From the NCBI RefSeq assembly GCF_002257455.1, contig NZ_NCKN01000001.1:1-60126 (forward strand): 60,126 nt of DNA, written 5' to 3'. Below, one piece after another: positions 48,839 to 58,361 of the stretch. This stretch comes from Microbacterium sp. 13-71-7. GTDB taxonomy: Bacteria; Actinomycetota; Actinomycetes; Actinomycetales; Microbacteriaceae. The notes under the pieces are model-generated. The model saw only the letters and a list, made by a program, of their open reading frames with translations, was not told where the DNA came from and did no database searches. The position numbers and the translations under genes were made by a program. Position 1 is the first letter of the stretch; every line of letters starts with the position of its first letter.

Positions 48839-49867
48839 TCACGCCGGGGCGGGTGCGGGCCCGGTGCTCTCCCGCACGACCAGCCGGGTCGGGATCAGCG
48901 GATTCTCGGGCAGCGGCTCCGCGTCGATCATCGCGATGAGCAGTTCGGTCGCACGCTGCCCGACGACGTCGAACTGCTGGTGGATCGTGGTGAGCGGGGG
49001 CCAGTAGCTGCCGCTGTCGTCGCTGTCGTCGAATCCGATGACGCTGAGGTCTTCCGGGATGCGCAGGCCCGCCTCGTGCGCGGCGCGCATCACGCCCAGC
49101 GCCATCTGATCGTTGGCGGCGAAGACGGCGGTGGGACGCGTTCGCTCGGCGAGGATCTCGCGGCCGGCGGCGTAGCCGGATGCCGCGGTCCAGTCACCGC
49201 GGTGCCGTTCGGTCGGGTCGAGGGCGTGCTCCTGGCAGACGCGCGCGTACGCGTCTTCACGGCGGCGGGCGGAGAACGACTTGAGCGGCCCTGCGACGTG
49301 CGCGATGCGCCGGTGGCCGAGATCGAGCAGGTGCTGCATGGCCGTGCGGGCGCCCTGTTCCTGATCGGTGTCGACGAGCGTGTGATCGGCGGTCGCGGTC
49401 GAGTCGACGATCACGAGGGGGAGCCCCGCGGTGAGGGCGTAGTCGTCCGGGGAGCCGAACTCGGCCGACATGATGAGGATGATGCCGTCGACGGCCTGCT
49501 CCTCCAGGCGGCCGAAAGCGCCGGCCACCGAGATGCGCGTCGGATCCGCGACCGGGATCAGGGTCGTCGTGTAGCCCGCGGCCGCACCGGCCTCGGCCAC
49601 GGCCTCAAGCGTGCGCTCGTTGCCGAGCGTCGTGATGTTGAAGGTGACGACGCCGAGGCTGCGGAACCGGCCCGACTTGAGGTTGCGCGCCGCGCTGTTC
49701 GGCCGGTAGCCCAGCTCCTTCATGGCGGCGAGGACCTTCTCGCGCATCTCCGGGCGCACATGCACGTATCCGTTGGCCACGCGCGACACCGTCTGCGGAG
49801 ACACCCCTGCGCGCTGGGCGACGTCCTTGATCGACGCGCGCGGCGTGCCCTCCTTGATCCGTTGCAC
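48839..49867 (-). CDS. LacI family regulator
   Basis: SIKDVAQRAGVSPQTVSRVAN; AAGGAG RBS before GTG 49867. Confidence 0.92.
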   Translation of the reverse strand: MQRIKEGTPRASIKDVAQRAGVSPQTVSRVANGYVHVRPEMREKVLAAMKELGYRPNSAARNLKSGRFRSLGVVTFNITTLGNERTLEAVAEAGAAAGYTTTLIPVADPTRISVAGAFGRLEEQAVDGIILIMSAEFGSPDDYALTAGLPLVIVDSTATADHTLVDTDQEQGARTAMQHLLDLGHRRIAHVAGPLKSFSARRREDAYARVCQEHALDPTERHRGDWTAASGYAAGREILAERTRPTAVFAANDQMALGVMRAAHEAGLRIPEDLSVIGFDDSDDSGSYWPPLTTIHQQFDVVGQRATELLIAMIDAEPLPENPLIPTRLVVRESTGPAPAPA

Positions 49868-49881
49868 GTTGGCTCCTTGCA

Positions 49882-49895
49882 TGGCAACGTAAACA
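49882..49895. promoter_or_regulatory. LacI-type operator between lacI and GH36
   Basis: TGGCAACGTAAACA, identical to 43614-43627. Confidence 0.8.
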
Positions 49896-49923
49896 ATACT
49901 CGAACCGCTCTGGAAGGGGAATC

Positions 49924-52155
49924 ATGTCGTCACTGACTCCGGACGGCGGTGCGGCGAGCATCGGGACCGTGGATCTCGGGATCGTCCTGGAAGCCGGCGG
50001 CGTCGCCCTGGTCCTGGACATCCGGGACGGCGGGCTTCCCGTCGTCGTGCACTGGGGCGCGTCGTGCGGGCCGCTCGACGCCGCCGCATTCGAAGCGCTC
50101 GCCGTCGCGGGCGTCTTCCCCGATGCGGGCAGCGAGGTGGATGCGGTCGTGCCCGTGTCGATGCTTCCCGAGCTCTCCCGGGGCTGGAGCGGCACCCCTG
50201 GGGTCAGCGGATCCCGCGACGGGGCGCATTGGTCTCCGCGCTTCCGCGTGACCGGCCTCGCGATCGATGGCGCACCGGTCGTCGACGCGGCCGGGGCGGC
50301 TCCCGCTTCGGGCGGGCGCCGCATCCTGTCGTCCGGTCCCGCCTCGGTGCGCGTGGTCGCCCAGGACGACGAGGCGGAGCTGACTCTCGCGCTCGACATC
50401 GAGCTCACCGGATCGGGCGCGATCCGCACCCGCGCCGCGGTGCGGAACGTCGGCGACGACGTGTATGGGCTCGACTCGCTGATGCCGATGCTGCCCGTAC
50501 CCCTGGACGCGGACGAGGCTCTCGACTTCGCTGGTCGCTGGGCCGTCGAGCGGGTGCCGCAGCGCCGTCGGCTCGGTGTCGGCGCGCATCGCAGGGAGAA
50601 CCGTCGCGGTCGCACGGGGCTCGGCGCCGCGATGGCGCTGATCGTCGGCCGCCACGGCTTCGACTTCTCGTCGGGGGAGGCCTGGGGCATCCACGTGGGC
50701 TGGTCCGGCAACCACGTGCACCAGGTGGAGAGGGTCGCCGAGGGGCGACAGGTTCTCGCCGGGGGCGAGCTGCTGCTGCCGGGCGAGGGGCGTCTCGCAC
50801 CGGGCGAGGAGTACGCGACCCCGTGGCTGTACGGGTTCTACGGACGAGGCCTCGACGCGCTGGCCGTGCAGTCCCACCGGATGATGCGGGCACGGCCGCA
50901 GCACCCCCGCTCGGCGCGCCCGGTCACGCTCAACGTCTGGGAGGCCGTCTACTTCCGGCAGAACGAGAAGGACCTCATCGAGCTCGCGGATGCGGCCGCC
51001 GCAGTCGGCGTGGAGCGCTTCGTGCTCGACGACGGCTGGTTCGGCGCACGTCGCAACGACCACGCAGGCCTCGGCGACTGGACCGTGTCGGCCGATGTCT
51101 GGCCGCACGGGCTGCACCCCCTCATCGACCATGTGCGCAGCCTCGGCATGCAGTTCGGGCTGTGGGTCGAGCCGGAGATGGTGAACCCCGACTCGGACCT
51201 CGCCCGCGCGCACCCCGACTGGATCATGTCGGCACGCTCGGAGTGGCCGCTGACCGGCCGCAACCAGCAGGTGCTGGCCCTGGCGAACCCCGATTGCTAC
51301 GCCCATATCCGGGACGCCCTGCTCGCCCTCCTCGAGGAGTACGACATCGCCTATCTCAAGTGGGATCACAACCGCGATCTCGTCGAGGCGGGCACGGGGC
51401 CGCGTCGCACACCGGGCGTGCACGGCCAGACCGCCGCGTTCTACCGTCTCGTCGACGACCTCAAGCAGCGCCATCCAGGACTCGAGATCGAGTCCTGCTC
51501 CTCCGGCGGCGGTCGGGTCGACCTGGGTGTGCTGGAGCGCACCGATCGCGTATGGGGATCCGACGACAACGATCCGCTCGAGCGGCAGCGGATCAACACC
51601 TGGACGGCGCAGCTGATCCCGCCGGAACTCATCGGCGCGCACATCGCCTCGGCGCCGTCGCATGTCACAGGGCGGACCCACACGCTGTCGTTCCGCGCCT
51701 CGGTGGCGCTGTTCGGGCACCTCGGCGTGGAGGCGGACATCCGCGGCTGGACCGAGGACGAGCGTGCGCAGCTCGCCGACTGGATCGCGCTGCACAAGCG
51801 GGAACGCGCGCTGCTGCACGACGGGACCATGGTGCGCGTCGACGCGCCGGACCCCGCGTTCGCACTGCAGGGCGTCGTCGCCGGCGACGGGGATCGAGCG
51901 CTCTATCTGTTCACGGCGCTCGCCGCAGGCACGACCGCGAGTGCCGGCCGGATCCGCCTTCCCGGCCTGGACGAGGACCGCCGCTATCGGGTCGAGATCG
52001 AGCCGCTCAGCCTGCGCGGGCTGCACGCGAACCCGGCGCCGTGGCAGAAGGACGGCGTCGTACTGACCGGACGGATCCTCGGAAGCATCGGGCTGGTGAT
52101 GCCGTCCGTGCACCCGGAGACGGCGCTGATCCTGCGCGCGATCGCGGCGGACTGA
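49924..52155 (+). CDS. GH36 alpha-galactosidase
   Basis: NVWEAVYF, FVLDDGWFG, GLWVEPEM, YLKWDHNR, ESCSSGGGR. Confidence 0.94.
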   Translation: MSSLTPDGGAASIGTVDLGIVLEAGGVALVLDIRDGGLPVVVHWGASCGPLDAAAFEALAVAGVFPDAGSEVDAVVPVSMLPELSRGWSGTPGVSGSRDGAHWSPRFRVTGLAIDGAPVVDAAGAAPASGGRRILSSGPASVRVVAQDDEAELTLALDIELTGSGAIRTRAAVRNVGDDVYGLDSLMPMLPVPLDADEALDFAGRWAVERVPQRRRLGVGAHRRENRRGRTGLGAAMALIVGRHGFDFSSGEAWGIHVGWSGNHVHQVERVAEGRQVLAGGELLLPGEGRLAPGEEYATPWLYGFYGRGLDALAVQSHRMMRARPQHPRSARPVTLNVWEAVYFRQNEKDLIELADAAAAVGVERFVLDDGWFGARRNDHAGLGDWTVSADVWPHGLHPLIDHVRSLGMQFGLWVEPEMVNPDSDLARAHPDWIMSARSEWPLTGRNQQVLALANPDCYAHIRDALLALLEEYDIAYLKWDHNRDLVEAGTGPRRTPGVHGQTAAFYRLVDDLKQRHPGLEIESCSSGGGRVDLGVLERTDRVWGSDDNDPLERQRINTWTAQLIPPELIGAHIASAPSHVTGRTHTLSFRASVALFGHLGVEADIRGWTEDERAQLADWIALHKRERALLHDGTMVRVDAPDPAFALQGVVAGDGDRALYLFTALAAGTTASAGRIRLPGLDEDRRYRVEIEPLSLRGLHANPAPWQKDGVVLTGRILGSIGLVMPSVHPETALILRAIAAD

Positions 52156-52231
52156 CCGGTCCGCGCTGCGGGCCCAGAGACCTGCGTCTTCGGAGTCACG
52201 CCGAGGGCGCGTGCTCTCCCTGTGCCGGGCG

Positions 52232-53056
52232 TCAGCCGACGACGACCTCGTCGCCCACGCGGATCGTGCCGCCGACGCCGGCGTCGTCGCCCACGGCGCC
52301 GCTCACGCCGGGGAGGATCAGCAGCCGGCCGAGCGTCGGCTCGTCCTGCCCGAGGGATCCGGTGAGAGTCTTCAGCACGCTCGCGTCGCGCTCGCCGGAG
52401 TCGGGGTTCGCGTGCGTCGCGAGGCAGCGGACGATCGGTCCGGCCGTGGCGAGGCGCACGTCTCCGATCCTGACCTCGCCCTGCCAGCCCAGCTCGTCCC
52501 AGGCGCCGACGCCGCCGATCACGACGTTCGAGCGGAACCGGCGGTCATCGACGTCCTTCGCGAGCGCCGCACCGAGGGCGGCGACGCTGGCCTCGCTGTG
52601 CACCGAGACGTATCCGCGGCCGCGGTCCTGGAAGCGGGAGCTCTCGCCGTCGCCGACCAGAGCCAGGGGCAGCCGCCCGGGGCGCTGCAGGCGCTTGCCG
52701 TCGGGTGAGCCGAGCACGAAGTCCGTCACGGCCTCGGCGAGCGCGGCGCGGCCGGCCTCGTCCAGTCCCGCCTCCACGAGCGTCGCGCCGGCGTGGTCGA
52801 TGCGCACGCGCTGCGCCGCCTCGTCGTACGACAGCCGCAGCGCGGCGAGTCCGGGGAAGGTCTCGAGAGCGAGGCCCTTCGACTTCGGCCAGTGATCCAG
52901 CCCGTCGCGCTCCTCCGGGGTCGCCGCGTCGCCGAAGCGGAACGCGAGCACGCGGTCGCCGGCGATCCGCCCGTCGGCCTGCACCGTGAGGGCGGGCACC
53001 TTCTCGGGCGTGAACCCCTTGACCGGGTGGCGGTAGAGCGCGACGACGTGCGGCAT
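52232..53056 (-). CDS. MOSC domain protein
   Basis: LYRHPVKG, RRFRSN, VRCLATHANP. Confidence 0.82.
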   Translation of the reverse strand: MPHVVALYRHPVKGFTPEKVPALTVQADGRIAGDRVLAFRFGDAATPEERDGLDHWPKSKGLALETFPGLAALRLSYDEAAQRVRIDHAGATLVEAGLDEAGRAALAEAVTDFVLGSPDGKRLQRPGRLPLALVGDGESSRFQDRGRGYVSVHSEASVAALGAALAKDVDDRRFRSNVVIGGVGAWDELGWQGEVRIGDVRLATAGPIVRCLATHANPDSGERDASVLKTLTGSLGQDEPTLGRLLILPGVSGAVGDDAGVGGTIRVGDEVVVG

Positions 53057-53147
53057 GGATCCATCCTCGCAGGGCCGCGCGAGCGCTCAGGACCGGGTCG
53101 GGTGCGAGGGCGCTCTGGAGCGACCGCGCCTCGCGGAACCAACGACG

Positions 53148-53178
53148 AACCCCGCCGCGAGAAGGCTCGGGCGGGGTT
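53148..53178 (-). terminator. Putative terminator after the DUF3073-like gene
   Basis: AACCCCGCC...GGCGGGGTT hairpin. Confidence 0.55.
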
Positions 53179-53192
53179 TCGAACGACGAGGC

Positions 53193-53378
53193 TCAGGCCT
53201 TTTCGAGTTCGTCCTCGTCTTCGTCGGCGTACTGATCTGCCCACTTGTCGACGTACTGGTCCTCGTTCTCCGGGTGACCCAGCTCGCGCTCCAGCGCCGA
53301 GTAGTTCACCGACGGACTGTACGACTTCAGTTCGCGGGCAATCTTGGTGTGCTTTGCCTTCTGACGGCCACGGCCCAT
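53193..53378 (-). CDS. DUF3073-like small conserved actinobacterial protein
   Basis: MGRGRQKAKHTKIARELK, acidic tail. Confidence 0.88.
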   Translation of the reverse strand: MGRGRQKAKHTKIARELKSYSPSVNYSALERELGHPENEDQYVDKWADQYADEDEDELEKA

Positions 53379-53538
53379 GCGCGAGACCCCCTTACTGTAA
53401 GCAGCGTGCGGAACGGGCTCGCTGGCTATTTCCGGCACCGGCTCGCGGCCGGTAAGAGTAGCATCCAGGATAGCACGCGGGCCACCTCACCTCGCCGTGA
53501 CGGGTCCCCGATACCGCCGCACCGAAGGGAACGACGAG

Positions 53539-54081
53539 ATGAGCGACACCGCCTCCACCCCCGAGGATCAAGACCTGCAGGATCCGCAGCTGCAGAAGGC
53601 CGTGATCGTGGCGCTGCGTCCTGGTCAGCCTCCGAGGGTGCTGTCCGAAGCCATGCGGTACGCGAGCCTGCTCAGAGCGCCGCTCGTGGTCGTGCACGTC
53701 GACGTCACCCGGTTCGTGACCTTCGAGGATCCGGACGGGATGGTGCACTCCGCGCCCATCGACCTCAACATCGACACCGGGGCGGAGGAGTTCGCGGAAC
53801 TGCGTCGCGAGGTCGAGAAGGTGCTGGCCGGATCCGGCCTCACCTGGACGGCCCGGCAGCTCGTCGGCGACCCGGCGCTCGCGATCAAGCATCTCGCCGG
53901 CGCGCTGGATGCGCAGCTGATCGTGGTCGGCACCCGCAGCAGAGGGCTCGGCGAGTCGATCCGAGAGTTCTTCACCGGATCCGTCGCGGCCCGCCTCTCG
54001 CACCGTCAGTCCCGCCCCATCCTCGTCGTCCCGCTCGAAGAGCCGATCGCGGACGACAAGAAGGATCCCTGGGCCGAGTAG
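53539..54081 (+). CDS. Universal stress protein
   Basis: GDPA..I, LIVVGTR..G, GSVA..L....RPILVVP. Confidence 0.85.
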   Translation: MSDTASTPEDQDLQDPQLQKAVIVALRPGQPPRVLSEAMRYASLLRAPLVVVHVDVTRFVTFEDPDGMVHSAPIDLNIDTGAEEFAELRREVEKVLAGSGLTWTARQLVGDPALAIKHLAGALDAQLIVVGTRSRGLGESIREFFTGSVAARLSHRQSRPILVVPLEEPIADDKKDPWAE

Positions 54082-54093
54082 CCCCGCCCTCGC

Positions 54094-54747
54094 TCAACGA
54101 CCGCGGGCGGGCCCCGCGGCCGCGAGGGCGGCGGTGACGGCGTGCGCCGCCGAGTCGAGCGCCGTGTCGAGCTCGCTCACGATCTGGGCGGGCAGCAGGC
54201 CGCCCTTCGCGACGTGCGTGCGCAGGTCGGCCCGCACCCTGGCGCGGAACTCATTGATCGAGGCATCGGCGCGGCGCAGCTCCTCGCGGCTGGCGATCCG
54301 TTCGTCGGCGCGCGCCGAGGCCTCCCGGTAGGACGACGACGAGGACGCGGCGCCGCTCTGCTCCTCGCGGGCGGCGGCGGCCAGATCCGCGCGGAGGCTC
54401 TTCATGGCCTCCTGCACGCTCTGGCGCACCTCGTTCGCGATGAGGCGCACGGAGTCGTTGAGCCCCGCCTCGATCCCCTGCAGGTCGCCCTCGCGGGCGG
54501 CGAGCTCGGCGCGGCCGGCCTCGGTGATCGCGTAGATCGTGGTGCGGCCGTCGACGGTCTTGGTGACGAGGCCCTCCTCCTCGAGCTTCGCGAGGCGGGG
54601 GTAGATCGTGCCGGCGCTGGGCGTGTACGTGCCCCCCGTGCGGTCGGTCAGCGCCTGGATGATGCCGTACCCGTGCTGCGGCGATTCAGCCAGCAGAGCG
54701 AGCAGGTACAGGCGCAGATCGCCGTGGGAGAAGACCGCGGGGCTCAC
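54094..54747 (-). CDS. PadR family regulator
   Basis: HGDLRLYLL, HGYGII, PSAGTIYPRL; GTGA overlap with the upstream gene. Confidence 0.88.
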   Translation of the reverse strand: MSPAVFSHGDLRLYLLALLAESPQHGYGIIQALTDRTGGTYTPSAGTIYPRLAKLEEEGLVTKTVDGRTTIYAITEAGRAELAAREGDLQGIEAGLNDSVRLIANEVRQSVQEAMKSLRADLAAAAREEQSGAASSSSSYREASARADERIASREELRRADASINEFRARVRADLRTHVAKGGLLPAQIVSELDTALDSAAHAVTAALAAAGPARGR

Positions 54748-55595
54748 AGCAGGTCCTCTCCATCGGAGGTGAACGACACCGGAGCCTCGGCGGCGTCGCG
54801 GCGCAGCACCGTGATGTCGCCGGAGACGGTGTTCACCCGCACGTCGGCGAAGGATCCGGACAGCTCGCCGCGCGACCCCGTGAAGGTCGAGGGGCCGGAG
54901 GATCCGCGCGGCACGCCGTCGATCGTGATCCGGCCGCTCAGCGCACGGGCCACGTAGTTCGCGGCCAGGGTCTCGTCCAGGCGCACGGTCGCATCGCCCG
55001 AGACGCTGTTCAGCGAGACGGTGTTGACGGGGCCCGTCGCGTCGATGAGCATCGCTCCGGAGACGCTGTCGACCGTCGCCTTGCGCACCTCGCCGGTCAG
55101 CGCGACGCTGCCGGAGACGGTGTTCGCGGTGGCGGATCCGGACAGTCCGCGCACCTGCACGTCGCCCGAGACGGTGTTGACGTTGAGGTCGCCCGTGTGG
55201 GTGTCGACGATCAGATCGCCCGAGACCGTGTTCAGGCGGGCGTCCTCGGTGAGGCCGGAGACGAGCGCTCCCGCGCTCACCACGCCCAGGTTGAGGGCGA
55301 TGTCGCGGGGGACGGCGACGCTGATCTCCGCCTTGGGGCCGCCGGCGCCGAAGTTGCGGAACACCTCGAGGAAGTTGTCCCAGCCGATCTGCGGGTGGTC
55401 GATCTCGATCTGGGTGCCGTCGGATTCGACGCGCAGGTCCTTGATGGTGACGTTGTGGACCTCGATCCGGATGCCCGGTTCGTCGTGGGCGATCACGTCG
55501 ACCTGCCCGCCGACGAGTCCGATCTTGAGCTTCGACGCGCGCTCGATGTCGATCACGCGCTCCTGCCCGGGGGCGATGAGCCACTTCTCGGTCAT
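54744..55595 (-). CDS. DUF4097 beta-strand repeat protein
   Basis: Repeated (N/D)(T/S)VSG units. Confidence 0.82.
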   Translation of the reverse strand: MTEKWLIAPGQERVIDIERASKLKIGLVGGQVDVIAHDEPGIRIEVHNVTIKDLRVESDGTQIEIDHPQIGWDNFLEVFRNFGAGGPKAEISVAVPRDIALNLGVVSAGALVSGLTEDARLNTVSGDLIVDTHTGDLNVNTVSGDVQVRGLSGSATANTVSGSVALTGEVRKATVDSVSGAMLIDATGPVNTVSLNSVSGDATVRLDETLAANYVARALSGRITIDGVPRGSSGPSTFTGSRGELSGSFADVRVNTVSGDITVLRRDAAEAPVSFTSDGEDLL

Positions 55596-55632
55596 GTCTG
55601 TTCTCCTGGTTCAGGGATCCCGATCCCGATGA

Positions 55633-55676
55633 TCGAGATATATCGTGTTTGATCACTGTAACACGATATATCTCGA
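55633..55676. promoter_or_regulatory. Paired operator for the DUF4097-PadR operon (putative PadR site)
   Basis: Perfect 17-bp inverted repeat TCGAGATATATCGTGTT-N10-AACACGATATATCTCGA; each arm contains palindromic GATATATC. Confidence 0.72.
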
Positions 55677-55701
55677 GTCTGTCAACCTCTCCTTCCTGAG
55701 A

Positions 55702-55764
55702 GTTTCAAAGTGCGCAAATGGCTGCATCCAAGGATCGGATGCAGCCATTTGCGCACTTCGAAAC
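55702..55764. terminator. Long hairpin downstream of glgP
   Basis: Perfect 22-bp arms AAGTGCGCAAATGGCTGCATCC (55708-55729 / 55737-55758), extendable with one mismatch. Confidence 0.75.
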
Positions 55765-55776
55765 GGGGAAGCGGCC

Positions 55777-58257
55777 TCAGGCCGTCGGCGGGGTGTGCCA
55801 GATCCGGTCGATGTAGTCGCGGATCGAGCGGTCGGAGGAGAAGAAGCCGCAGCGGGCGACGTTGAGGATCGCGGCGCGGGTCCAGCCGTCCTGGTCGGCG
55901 TAGGCCGCGTCCACGCGCTGCTGCGCCGCCATGTAGGCGGAGTAGTCGGCGAGCACCATGAAACGGTCCTCGTAGAGGAGGTTCGAGACCACGGGCTCGA
56001 AGACCGAGCGGTCGCCGCCGGAGAACGTCCCTGAGGCGATGAGGTCGATCGCGCGGCGGAGGCCCGCATCCTCCTGGTAGAACGCGGCAGGGTGGTAGCC
56101 GGCCCTGGCGAGCTCTGAGACCTCTGGCTCGGTCATCCCGAACAGGAAGAAGTCGTCGTCGCCGACGAGCTCGCGGATCTCGACGTTCGCACCGTCGTCG
56201 GTGCCGATCGTGAGCGCGCCGTTGAGCGCGAACTTCATGTTGCCGGTGCCCGACGCCTCCTTCCCGGCCAGCGAGATCTGCTCGCTGAGGTCCGCCGCGG
56301 GGATCACGCTCTCCGCGAGCGTGACGTTGTAGTTCGGCGGGAACAGCACCTGGAGGCGTCCGTCGAGGCGCGGATCCGCGTTGACGACGGATCCGACCGC
56401 GTTGATGAGGTGGATGATCCGCTTCGCCATCGCGTACCCGGGTGCGGCCTTCGCGCCGAAGAGCACGGTGCGCGGCTGGAGGTCCGCGAGCGCGATCCGG
56501 CCTGACACGACGCCCTCGTACTCGCTCACGACATGCAGCACCTTGAGCAGCTGCCGCTTGTACTCGTGCAGCCGCTTGACCATCACGTCCACGAGGTGGC
56601 CGTCGCCGACCCGCATCCCGTCCCGCGCCTGCAGCACGTCGTTCAGGCGGCGCTTGTTGCCAGCCTTGACCGCGGCGAACGACGCGCGGAACGACGCGTC
56701 CTCGGCGAAGGGCTCGAGCTCGCGCAGCCGCTCCAGATCGGTGACCCAGCCGTCGCCGATCGCCTCGGTGATGAGGGCGGAAAGGCCAGGGTTCGCGAGC
56801 CGGAGGAACCGGCGCGGGGTGACGCCGTTGGTCACGTTCGTGAACTTCTGCGGGAAGAACTCGGCGAACGCGGGCAGCACCTTGTCGCGCAGCAGCTGCG
56901 AGTGCAGCTCCGCCACGCCGTTGACCCTGCTGCCTGCGACGGTCGCGAGATAGGCCATGCGCACGGCGCGCACCGGGAACTCCGCGATGATCGACATGTC
57001 GCGGATCCGCATCTCGTCGTCCCCGAACCGCGCGCGCACGGCGGTGAGGAACTCCTCGTTGATCCGGTAGACGATCTCCAGGTGCCGCGGCAGCAGGCGG
57101 CCGAGCAGCTCGACCGGCCACACCTCGAGCGCCTCCGGCAGCAGCGTGTGGCAGGTGTACGCGAAGCACTGCTGCGTCACCGCCCAGGCCGCGTCCCAGC
57201 CCATGCCCCGTTCGTCGACGAGCACGCGCATGAGCTCAGGCACCGCGATCACCGGGTGGGTGTCGTTGAGCTGGAAGATCACCCGCTCCGGCAGCCGTGC
57301 GAGATCGAAGTCCGCCGGCAGCCGGTCGAGGAAGTCCCGGATCGACGCGGCCACGAAGAAGTACTGCTGCTGCAGGCGCAGCTCCTTGCCCTGCGGCGTG
57401 GAGTCCTCGGGGTAGAGCACCTTGGAGATGTTCTCGGCGAAGGTCTGCGCGCGGACGGCCTGCTCGTAGTCGCCCGAGTTGAAGATGCGCAGATCGAAGG
57501 CGTCCGTCGCCTTCGCACGCCACAGCCGCAGCGTGTTCACGCGGGCGTTCCTGAACCCCGGCACGAGGTAGTCGTAGGGCACGGCGCTGACGTCCCACCC
57601 CGGGATCCATCGCGACCGGACGGTTCCACCGTCGTCGAAGGTCTCGGTGCGGCCGCCGAAGGACACGGTCTGCGCCGCCTCCGGGCGGGGCTGCTCCCAG
57701 GGGGCGCCGAGCGTGAGCCAGGCGTCGGGCTGCTCGACCTGCTGGCCGTCCTCGAACGTCTGGCGGAAGATGCCGTACTCGTAGCGGATCCCGTAGCCGA
57801 TGCTCGGCACCCCGAGCGTGGCCAGCGAGTCGATGAAGCAGGCGGCGAGGCGTCCGAGTCCGCCGTTGCCCAGGCCCGGTTCGATCTCGTGCCGGCGCAG
57901 CTCGTCGAGGTCGATGCCGCACGCGGCCATGGCGTCCGCCGCGATCCCGGCGAGGTCCCCGGCGAGCAGGTCGTTGTCGAGCTGGTTGCCGAGCAGGTAC
58001 TCCGCGGACAGGTAGCAGACGGTCTTGGCCTGCACCTCGGCCTGGCGGTGCCGATCGGCCAGCGCGTGCAGCATCAGGTAGTCGCGCACCGTGCGGGCGA
58101 GCGCGAGATAGCGGTCGTTCGTGCTGGCGTCCGTCAGCGTCACCCCGCCCTCGAAATACAGGTTCCTCAGGAACTGCGCGGTGAAGCCGTCAACGGTCGG
58201 CGGAAGCTCGAGCGCGGGAACGGGCGGGTGCGGGGCGGTGGCATCGGAGGAGGTCAC
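55777..58257 (-). CDS. glgP: Glycogen/alpha-glucan phosphorylase
   Basis: GLGNGGLGRLAACF, QLNDTHP, KRLHEYKRQ, EASGTGNMKF. Confidence 0.96.
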   Translation of the reverse strand: MTSSDATAPHPPVPALELPPTVDGFTAQFLRNLYFEGGVTLTDASTNDRYLALARTVRDYLMLHALADRHRQAEVQAKTVCYLSAEYLLGNQLDNDLLAGDLAGIAADAMAACGIDLDELRRHEIEPGLGNGGLGRLAACFIDSLATLGVPSIGYGIRYEYGIFRQTFEDGQQVEQPDAWLTLGAPWEQPRPEAAQTVSFGGRTETFDDGGTVRSRWIPGWDVSAVPYDYLVPGFRNARVNTLRLWRAKATDAFDLRIFNSGDYEQAVRAQTFAENISKVLYPEDSTPQGKELRLQQQYFFVAASIRDFLDRLPADFDLARLPERVIFQLNDTHPVIAVPELMRVLVDERGMGWDAAWAVTQQCFAYTCHTLLPEALEVWPVELLGRLLPRHLEIVYRINEEFLTAVRARFGDDEMRIRDMSIIAEFPVRAVRMAYLATVAGSRVNGVAELHSQLLRDKVLPAFAEFFPQKFTNVTNGVTPRRFLRLANPGLSALITEAIGDGWVTDLERLRELEPFAEDASFRASFAAVKAGNKRRLNDVLQARDGMRVGDGHLVDVMVKRLHEYKRQLLKVLHVVSEYEGVVSGRIALADLQPRTVLFGAKAAPGYAMAKRIIHLINAVGSVVNADPRLDGRLQVLFPPNYNVTLAESVIPAADLSEQISLAGKEASGTGNMKFALNGALTIGTDDGANVEIRELVGDDDFFLFGMTEPEVSELARAGYHPAAFYQEDAGLRRAIDLIASGTFSGGDRSVFEPVVSNLLYEDRFMVLADYSAYMAAQQRVDAAYADQDGWTRAAILNVARCGFFSSDRSIRDYIDRIWHTPPTA

Positions 58258-58301
58258 GCGACGAACGTACCGCAGGGATCCGCCGCGCTCCCCTGATGCG
58301 C

Positions 58302-58332
58302 TTGACATTGACGCGACGTCAACTTCTACGGT
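58302..58332 (+). promoter_or_regulatory. MerR-type promoter (19-bp spacer with dyad)
   Basis: TTGACA (58302) N19 TACGGT (58327); dyad TTGACG-CGA-CGTCAA at 58308-58322. Confidence 0.85.
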
Positions 58333-58361
58333 GGTCATATCGACGACGGAAGGAGGATCGC

